Below, piece after piece: positions 26,212-32,000 of a stretch of 32,000 nucleotides of DNA; position 1 is the stretch's first letter, and each line of letters starts with the position of its first letter. The position numbers and the translations under genes are program-made. This stretch comes from Erysipelotrichaceae bacterium OH741_COT-311 (GTDB taxonomy: Bacteria > Bacillota_I > Bacilli_A > Erysipelotrichales > Erysipelotrichaceae), in the NCBI GenBank assembly GCA_003858585.1, contig RQZE01000007.1, positions 90,001 through 122,000 of the forward strand, read 5' to 3'. The notes beneath the pieces were generated by a model, which saw nothing but the letters and a program-made list of their open reading frames with translations, was not told the origin of the DNA and did not search any database.

Positions 26212-26649
26212 CTATTCCTCTTCTTTCGTAATATTATCTTTTCTTAAATAAGATAAAGCTTTGATGGTTGTATTAAAAATGTCCTTTTCTATTTCTTGTT
26301 TTTCTTGGTCTAAAAGATCAAACTCCTCAGGATCATAAGCTTTATCACGCACTTGTTTTATTAAGTATCCTAATAGAATATCTTCATCTTCAAATTCATA
26401 AAGCAGCTTCGCTATCGCACAGAATTTTCGTAACTTAGAACCGTCAATTTCTTTTTTATAACTTTCAATTTCTTTTTTATAACTTTCAATTTCTTTTTTA
26501 TAACTTTCAATTTGTTCATTAGGTTCAATGTTAATTTTTTCTTTTTTATAACTTTCAATTTGTTCATTAGGTTCAATGTTAATTTTTTCTTTTTTATAAC
26601 TTTCAATTTGTTCATTAGGTTCAATGTTAATTCTTCGCCTAAAATTATT
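26212..26649 (-). other. -1-frame open continuation of the RelA/SpoT-like gene (145 codons, no ATG/TTG of its own), ending 4 nt before the DGQHR ATG
   Basis: Minus-strand frame with codon starts congruent to 0 mod 3 is open from just after TGA TGA (26655-26650) to TAG (26214-26212). It reads NNFRRRINIEPNEQIESYKKEK(INIEPNEQIESYKKEK)INIEPNEQIESYKKE(IESYKKE)x2 IDGSKLRKFCAIAKLLYEFEDEDILLGYLIKQVRDKAYDPEEFDLLDQEKQEIEKDIFNTTIKALSYLRKDNITKEEE*. This explains the otherwise ORF-less gap 26208-26411. Confidence 0.6.
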
Positions 26650-27350
26650 TCATCATTTTGTAACTCTGATAATGTATATTTGAAAAATAATTCTTGCTTA
26701 ATTTCTTTCAATTCAACACTAAAAGAATATAGCCTATTTAATTGTGTATCTGCTCCATCCAAAATGTGATAAAGTCCTTCCACCATATCCTTTTTTAGTT
26801 TTGCACGGGAATCATATACTCTACTTTTATAAATTGTACTATGTTCAACTTCACCCCATACATCATTTAATAATGATTTAACTTGAACTTCAAATGAAAA
26901 TTTCTCATCTAGTTCCTTGTATTTACATGCAATCTTATATATTTCATGACCATTTTTTTGTTTGGTATTTGGGAATTCTTCAATTTCTATACAATCCATT
27001 TCTTTCAAATGTTTTATTAGCTCTTCAAATATGTTTTTTTCATCTTCTTTAAAATAGCAATTCAGTCTAAAGCCTATTAAATCAGGTAACTTCTCGCAAA
27101 CTATTCTTTGAATTTCTTTATTATTACTAGTCTTAATTCCCCATTGATTTATATAGTCTTTTCTTTCTAATTTCTCTCTTAAACTCTCCTCACTTTTTAT
27201 TCGTGAATTAACCTCTTTTGATACCTTCTTTCTCGCTAATTTTTTTATATAGTCCTTTAAAATTTTTTCTATATCAATTCGTTTTCTTTGAAGCTCATTT
27301 TGAAACTCTATATCTATAAAAGCATTCATTATTTCATCAACTACAATCAT
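26412..27350 (-). CDS. RelA/SpoT-homologue (RSH) synthetase-like nucleotidyltransferase, small alarmone synthetase/toxSAS-like; 0-frame ORF ending in a repeat-encoded Lys-rich tail (probably frameshifted)
   Basis: All four RSH synthetase blocks occur in order: SRIKSEESLREKLERK (RxKxxxSxxxK), DLIGFRLNCYF (DxxGxR), NGHEIYKIACKY, and FEVQVKSLLNDVWGEVEHSTIYK (ExQxR/K-T/S...W....H...YK). Compare B. subtilis YjbM: GRVKPVASILEKARRK / DIAGLRIMCQF / EIQIRTLAMNFWATIEHSLNYK. AAGGAG RBS 7 nt upstream of the ATG. Confidence 0.8.
   Translation of the reverse strand: MIVVDEIMNAFIDIEFQNELQRKRIDIEKILKDYIKKLARKKVSKEVNSRIKSEESLREKLERKDYINQWGIKTSNNKEIQRIVCEKLPDLIGFRLNCYFKEDEKNIFEELIKHLKEMDCIEIEEFPNTKQKNGHEIYKIACKYKELDEKFSFEVQVKSLLNDVWGEVEHSTIYKSRVYDSRAKLKKDMVEGLYHILDGADTQLNRLYSFSVELKEIKQELFFKYTLSELQNDEIILGEELTLNLMNKLKVIKKKKLTLNLMNKLKVIKKKKLTLNLMNKLKVIKKKLKVIKKKLKVIKKKLTVLSYENSVR
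26445..26632. repeat. Compound perfect tandem repeat: 3 x 21 bp (26445-26507) followed by 2.6 x 48 bp (26508-26632)
   Basis: 21-bp unit CAATTTCTTTTTTATAACTTT. The 48-bp unit is the same unit with a 27-bp insert (CAATTT|GTTCATTAGGTTCAATGTTAATTTTTT|CTTTTTTATAACTTT). Copies are identical by eye, and both unit lengths are multiples of 3. Confidence 0.95.
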
Positions 27351-27383
27351 CGTTATCTCCTTTTAAAATATATAATGTATTAT

Positions 27384-28982
27384 TCATATTAGGAATAGCA
27401 TATTAAAATTTCTCAAAGCATTCAAAATAGCTTCTTCCTTTTCAATTGAACACTGTGGAACTCTCCGGTTATCGTTCTTTGAAATATTATAGTGTTCCCT
27501 AGCTTCTAAACCATGCTTTTTCTTAACTTGTGCAATGTACAGAGTAGATACTTTAAACCCAAACTTTTCCAAAACATAGTTTTGAATTTGTTTATATGTT
27601 ACCTTACTTTCAGCGCTTGTTAAATCCATATCATCCATCGGAAGTTCTACACTAATATATTTCTTAGAATCAAGTTTGGAAAGCAACACAATGGTTTCCA
27701 CATGACTGGTAAATGGAAACATATCTACAGGCTGTACATCTTCTACCTTGTAGTTTAACTCTTCAAAGACTTTACAATCTCTTGCAAGTGTTGAAGGATC
27801 ACAAGAAACATATACCACCTTTTTTGGCTTCATAGCGACAACAGTATCAATCGCCTCTTTCGATAATCCCTTCCGTGGCGGATCAACTACCACAATATCA
27901 ATCTTATCTTTCTTAAGCAACTCTTTACTTACTACTCCGGCATCCCCACATAGAAACTCAATATTCTCAATACCATTCATCTTGGCATTGTACTTTGCAT
28001 CTTTTACCGCATCTTCTACAATTTCAATTCCATACACATACTTTGCCTTCAGTGCCAAAAACATCCCTATCGTACCTGTTCCACAATATAAATCAACACA
28101 TATATCAGCGTCACTAACATTACACTGTTTAATAGCTTGACGATATAATTTAACTGTCTGTATCGGATTAATTTGATAAAAAGATTTGCTTGATATTTTA
28201 AACTTTAAACCATCCAATTCATCAATAATATAATCTTGATTCCATAATAGTTTTTCTTCTTCTCCCATAATAACATTATCTTTACGAGAATTGATATTTA
28301 GTATTACAGATTTAATTTCTTTAAATTTTCTAGTTACATCCTCTACAATTTCTTTTAAATGTATTTCTTCCTTTACAATAAAAACAAGCATAATTTCATT
28401 GGTCGTAAAGCCATGTTTAATCAAGATATGCTTTATTTTTTTGCTTTCTTTACATCCCTTTAATAGCTCTTTTAAATATTGAATAATCGCATTGGATAAA
28501 TCACTTTGTACCATACAGTAATCAAAAGAAACAATGTCATTACTATGATTACGATAAAATCCCATCCTTAATTCATCTTCATACTGTAGTGGAACTTGGA
28601 CCTTATTACGATACTTATATGGCTCTTCCATACCAATAACATCTTTAACCTCAACATCCATTTTCCCAATGGTTCTAAAGCAATCTTGTACTCGTTTTTT
28701 CTTTAAAATCAATTGATATTCATAACGAATATGTCCATATTGACAACCTCCACATTTTCCATTTACACTACACAAAGGCACAATACGATACTCAGAGGCT
28801 TGTTTTAACTCTAGCACTTTACCAAAAGCATGATTCTTTTTTACAGATAGAATTTTTACAAGTGCTACTTCTCCTATTAATAAATCTTTTACATAAACAG
28901 TAAAAGAACCTTCTTTACAAACTCCAAAGGCATCATAGGTAACATCTATACACTCTAATAATAATTCTTCATTCTTTTTCAT
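27384..28982 (-). CDS. 23S rRNA (uracil-C5)-methyltransferase, RumA/RlmD/RlmCD family, with a non-canonical 95-aa C-terminal extension
   Basis: N-terminal TRAM domain. Fe-S cysteines CSVNGKCGGCQ plus a later C. SAM motif DLYCGTGTIG. Catalytic VVDPPRKG and YVSCDPSTLARD. The family normally ends near MFPFTSHVETIVLLSK, but here the frame continues for 95 more residues. Start set at ATG 28982 (MKKNEE...) rather than the TTG at 28997. Confidence 0.9.
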   Translation of the reverse strand: MKKNEELLLECIDVTYDAFGVCKEGSFTVYVKDLLIGEVALVKILSVKKNHAFGKVLELKQASEYRIVPLCSVNGKCGGCQYGHIRYEYQLILKKKRVQDCFRTIGKMDVEVKDVIGMEEPYKYRNKVQVPLQYEDELRMGFYRNHSNDIVSFDYCMVQSDLSNAIIQYLKELLKGCKESKKIKHILIKHGFTTNEIMLVFIVKEEIHLKEIVEDVTRKFKEIKSVILNINSRKDNVIMGEEEKLLWNQDYIIDELDGLKFKISSKSFYQINPIQTVKLYRQAIKQCNVSDADICVDLYCGTGTIGMFLALKAKYVYGIEIVEDAVKDAKYNAKMNGIENIEFLCGDAGVVSKELLKKDKIDIVVVDPPRKGLSKEAIDTVVAMKPKKVVYVSCDPSTLARDCKVFEELNYKVEDVQPVDMFPFTSHVETIVLLSKLDSKKYISVELPMDDMDLTSAESKVTYKQIQNYVLEKFGFKVSTLYIAQVKKKHGLEAREHYNISKNDNRRVPQCSIEKEEAILNALRNFNMLFLI

Positions 28983-28999
28983 ACTTGTATTATACAAAA

Positions 29000-29024
29000 A
29001 TAAAACTTCAATATGAAGTTTTAT
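29000..29024 (-). terminator. Rho-independent terminator after the gat operon / membrane-protein gene
   Basis: Perfect 11-bp stem ATAAAACTTCA / TGAAGTTTTAT with a 3-nt loop. T-run on the minus strand (plus-strand A-run 28996-29000). Confidence 0.65.
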
Positions 29025-29035
29025 TTCTTATTTCC

Positions 29036-29701
29036 TTATGGATTTGTTGTGGTAGACTCTTCTGTCTCTTGTCCTTGTACTTCTAAGTCCGTAGGCTCTG
29101 TTGCCTTTTGTTTCTTCTTGTTTTCACGCTCTAAAACATCATCACGTAATTGTTGTGCTAATTCCGGATCTAATGCTTTCGATACAACTTGTGAATGTTC
29201 TTTTTCCATACTAGAATTCTTATTTGTAATAACATAAATAAAGTTTTCTTCTGTATTTTTATCTTGGTTATAAGCATGAATTTCTATGTCATACATTTCT
29301 TTTCCATCATGCTGTGTAAAATATGTATTGACATCCAAGATACTTATAACATCTTGATATGCACTTTTTGACATATCCATCACTTGTTGTTCACTACTTG
29401 CATCACTAACATCAACATATACTCGTAATGTAGCCGTCTTAAGACTTACATCTACACTATCTACATTACTTTGACCTTTAATTTTTGTTGATATTTCTTT
29501 TAACTGCTCGCTTGTAATCGCAGGATTTAAATCATTTTTAAAACGATCACCTAAAATAGGTTTCCCTGTAGACATAGATGCTTGAATCAAAATAACTCCT
29601 AAGATAATAAAAGGTATCAATATAATTAAAATACCAACGAAGATAAAGATACGTACTTTACTTCTTCGCATTTTTGGTTTACTTTTTTTCGTTTGCGACA
29701 T
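29036..29701 (-). CDS. Hypothetical single-pass membrane protein with a basic N-terminus and acidic C-terminus
   Basis: 221 aa. KSKPKMRRSKVR, then TM helix IFIFVGILIILIPFIILGVILI. GGGAGTG RBS. No family recognised. Confidence 0.6.
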   Translation of the reverse strand: MSQTKKSKPKMRRSKVRIFIFVGILIILIPFIILGVILIQASMSTGKPILGDRFKNDLNPAITSEQLKEISTKIKGQSNVDSVDVSLKTATLRVYVDVSDASSEQQVMDMSKSAYQDVISILDVNTYFTQHDGKEMYDIEIHAYNQDKNTEENFIYVITNKNSSMEKEHSQVVSKALDPELAQQLRDDVLERENKKKQKATEPTDLEVQGQETEESTTTNP

Positions 29702-29755
29702 ATCATCACTCCCAACATTATTATTTTATCAAGATTTTAATCATTTTAAAAGTAG

Positions 29756-31180
29756 TTATCGCTTAGCAATTTCTTGTAAGACTAGTGCATTTGTCATAGC
29801 CGGATTTGCTTGCCCTTTACTTTTCTTCATCACTTGACCAACTAAAAAGCCAATTGCACGATCTTTACCATTTTTATAATCCGTAATCGACTGTTGATTT
29901 TCATCTAACACTTCATTAATCATGGCTAAAATACTTGCTTCATCACTCACTTGTTTCATACCTTTTTCTTTTACAATGACTTCCGGATCTTTTCCTTGAA
30001 CCATTAGTTCAAACACTTCTTTCGCTTGTTTTCCGGATATCGTCTTATCTTCAATCATATTAACCAACTTAGCTAATGAAACACTTGGTATGCAAGTTGT
30101 CTGAATGGTTAAATTATTCTTTGACAATATGGCTTGTAAATCACCAATTACCCAGTTTGCCGCAAGCTTAGGATTCTTACAAGTCTTCATAACTTCTTGA
30201 TAATATTCACCCAATTCTTTATTATCAATCAATAGCATCGCATCATATTCACTTAAGCCATAATCCTTCATAAAACGTTCTTTACGAGCATTCGGTAATT
30301 CACCTAAATGATTTGTAATTTCTTCAATCCATTTAGGATCTAACTGTATTGGTAAAATATTTGGTTCAGGAAAGAACTTATAATCCACAGAACCCTCTTT
30401 TTTACGCATTAATACAGTTGTTTTAGTTGTCTCATCATAACGTCTTGTAGCCTGTTCAATTACTCCACCTGCATCTAAAATATCCTTTTGACGCTTAATT
30501 TCATAATCAATCGCTTTTTCAACATTACTAATAGAATTCAAGTTCTTAATTTCATTTTTAACTCCAAAAACACTAGATCCTTTTGGCTTTAATGAAACGT
30601 TTACATCACAACGAAGCGATCCTTCTTCCATCTTTACATCACTAACACCAAGATAATATAATGTTTGTCTTAATGCCTCTACATAAGCAGCAGCTTCTTT
30701 CCCACTTGTCATATCCGGCTCTGATACAATTTCTATTAATGGAGTTCCTGCACGATTATAATCAATTAAAGTAACTTCATCTAAATGATATTGTTTTGCT
30801 GTATCTTCTTCCATATGAATACGATTAATTCCGATGCGCTTACTTTGTCCATCTACATGAATAGTTATATATCCATGTCTTCCTAATGGATGAAACTGTT
30901 GTGTAATTTGAAAACCCTTTGGCAGATCTGAATAATAATAATTTTTACGATCAAACTTCACTAAAGAATCAATTTCTAAATGCAATGCAATACAAGCTTG
31001 AAGCGCCTTTTTAACAGCCTCTTTATTCACTGTCGGAAGTGTTCCTGGATGTCCTAAATCAATTTCATTGACACAAGTATTTGCTTGTTTTCCAAAAGAA
31101 GTTAAACCAGCTGAAAACATCTTAGATTTTGTTTTTAATTCACAGTGAATCTCAATCCCAATCACTACATCGTATTCCAT
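29756..31180 (-). CDS. gatB: Asp-tRNA(Asn)/Glu-tRNA(Gln) amidotransferase subunit B
   Basis: 474 aa. N-terminus YDVVIGIEIHCELKTKSKMFS, LGHPGTLP, and a C-terminal GatB/YqeY domain (GFLVGQVMKKSKGQANP). Confidence 0.97.
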   Translation of the reverse strand: MEYDVVIGIEIHCELKTKSKMFSAGLTSFGKQANTCVNEIDLGHPGTLPTVNKEAVKKALQACIALHLEIDSLVKFDRKNYYYSDLPKGFQITQQFHPLGRHGYITIHVDGQSKRIGINRIHMEEDTAKQYHLDEVTLIDYNRAGTPLIEIVSEPDMTSGKEAAAYVEALRQTLYYLGVSDVKMEEGSLRCDVNVSLKPKGSSVFGVKNEIKNLNSISNVEKAIDYEIKRQKDILDAGGVIEQATRRYDETTKTTVLMRKKEGSVDYKFFPEPNILPIQLDPKWIEEITNHLGELPNARKERFMKDYGLSEYDAMLLIDNKELGEYYQEVMKTCKNPKLAANWVIGDLQAILSKNNLTIQTTCIPSVSLAKLVNMIEDKTISGKQAKEVFELMVQGKDPEVIVKEKGMKQVSDEASILAMINEVLDENQQSITDYKNGKDRAIGFLVGQVMKKSKGQANPAMTNALVLQEIAKR

Positions 31181-32000
31181 TATTTAACCTCCTTATAAGC
31201 ATCTTTTAAACCAGTAATTTCTTCAATCACACTTCCTATTGAAAACATATCCACTTCTTTAAACGCATTTGCTGTAATATTAACACCTACCGGTAAATGT
31301 TGATGAATATATCCCATTGGTAATGTCATAGAAGGATAACCAGAAAAGTTTGCAAAAACCATGTGATTTTCTGCAACTAAATCTTCTTCTACATGTTTGG
31401 CTAGTACATCTGCAATTTTAGGGGCAGCAGCATTACTCGCTGGAGCAATCAAAACATCCGCATCCTTTAAGTAGCTTGAAATTTCTTCAACAATCATACG
31501 ACGTACACGTTGTGCCTGTTTTAAATATTTCTCTTGATTCTCTTCAAACAATGCATAAGAACCAATTACAAAACGTTTACGTATACTGCTACTTAATCCT
31601 TGACTACGTGTATTACACATAATCTCAAATGTATCACTACCTTCTTGTTTATTACCAAAACGAATTCCATCTAGATTAGAATGATTCGCTGTAGCTTCAC
31701 AATTGGCAATCACATGATACGTAGGTAAAATAGCCTTCATTAATTCTTCATTAAAGGTCACTTCTTTAACAATAGCACCTTTCGTCTTTAATCCATCAAT
31801 AACACGTTGAAATAATGCAAGTGTTTCTTCATTATTCATGTGATTCAAAACATTTTTAAAGACAATCACTTTTTTACCTGTAATGTCGCTATTTATTAAT
31901 TTAGAATACTCAGGTACTTCTCTTTGACTACTGGTAGCATCCATTGGATCATAACCGGCTAACACCTCAAGAGCAAGAGCAGCATCCTTAACATTTCTTG
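31180..32000 (-). CDS. gatA: Glu-tRNA(Gln) amidotransferase subunit A (3' part; the 5' end lies beyond the window)
   Basis: The frame stays open to the window edge (...RNVKDAALALEVLAGYDPMDATS...), typical of the amidase-signature-family GatA C-terminal half. Its TAA overlaps the gatB ATG (TAATG). Confidence 0.95.
   Translation of the reverse strand, partial: RNVKDAALALEVLAGYDPMDATSSQREVPEYSKLINSDITGKKVIVFKNVLNHMNNEETLALFQRVIDGLKTKGAIVKEVTFNEELMKAILPTYHVIANCEATANHSNLDGIRFGNKQEGSDTFEIMCNTRSQGLSSSIRKRFVIGSYALFEENQEKYLKQAQRVRRMIVEEISSYLKDADVLIAPASNAAAPKIADVLAKHVEEDLVAENHMVFANFSGYPSMTLPMGYIHQHLPVGVNITANAFKEVDMFSIGSVIEEITGLKDAYKEVK

Noticed and set aside
26445-26632. Considered whether the regularly spaced repeats are a CRISPR array
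   Set aside because: The units are directly contiguous with no unique spacers. The units are 21 and 48 bp and AT-rich with no palindromic core, they lie inside a coding frame, and no cas genes are present.
26512-26769. Plus-strand 85-aa ORF (MFIRFNVNFFFFITFNLF...)
   Set aside because: It is antisense to the RSH-like gene, and its periodic Phe-rich sequence is simply the complement of the tandem repeat. There is no RBS.
29013-29237. Plus-strand 74-aa ORF
   Set aside because: It is antisense to the 221-aa membrane-protein gene and begins inside the terminator hairpin. There is no RBS.
1-32000. Looked for tRNA, rRNA, riboswitch-like leaders, transposase/integrase genes and IS terminal repeats
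   Set aside because: All intergenic regions are 234 bp or shorter and extremely AT-rich, with no cloverleaf-capable GC-rich segments. No ORF shows DDE, tyrosine-recombinase or serine-recombinase motifs, so nothing can be supported.

Overview
Low-GC (Firmicutes-type, Erysipelotrichia/Bacilli-like by gene content; inference) chromosomal window, densely packed and mostly minus-strand. Housekeeping genes are the class Ib ribonucleotide reductase operon nrdH-nrdI-nrdE-nrdF, gatB plus a 5'-truncated gatA, and a RumA/RlmD-family 23S rRNA uracil methyltransferase. Accessory content includes a YegP/DUF1508 protein and a DUF438 hemerythrin/PAS protein with a cupin. There is a tightly coupled 4-gene operon (UbiA-like prenyltransferase, PEP-utilizing swivel-His enzyme, GNAT, AMP-ligase). 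An ArsR-family repressor is overlap-coupled to an 810-aa CoA-disulfide-reductase/rhodanese/TusA/DsrE fusion, with a 28-bp palindromic operator. Also present are a FtsX-type ABC exporter with a coupled DenV-like glycosylase, a penicillin-acylase-family Ntn hydrolase, a histidine phosphatase, and a class I flavoprotein disulfide reductase. A histidine-triad (Pht-like) lipoprotein sits behind a perfect Fur/Zur-type 23-bp palindrome. The most interesting region is a very AT-rich two-gene module at 25.1-27.4 kb, directly downstream of rumA, which itself carries an atypical 95-aa C-terminal extension. The module pairs a RelA/SpoT-homologue (small alarmone synthetase / toxSAS-like) nucleotidyltransferase with a DGQHR (DndB-like, ParB-fold) protein. 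The RSH-like gene is interrupted by a compound 21/48-bp tandem repeat. Its natural-looking C-terminal 145 codons lie in the -1 frame, and five in-phase A_AAA_AAG slippery heptamers sit inside the repeat. I propose this pair as a candidate undescribed conflict (defence/toxin-antitoxin) system with a possible frameshift-dependent product. No rRNA, tRNA, CRISPR array, transposase or integrase was recognised.
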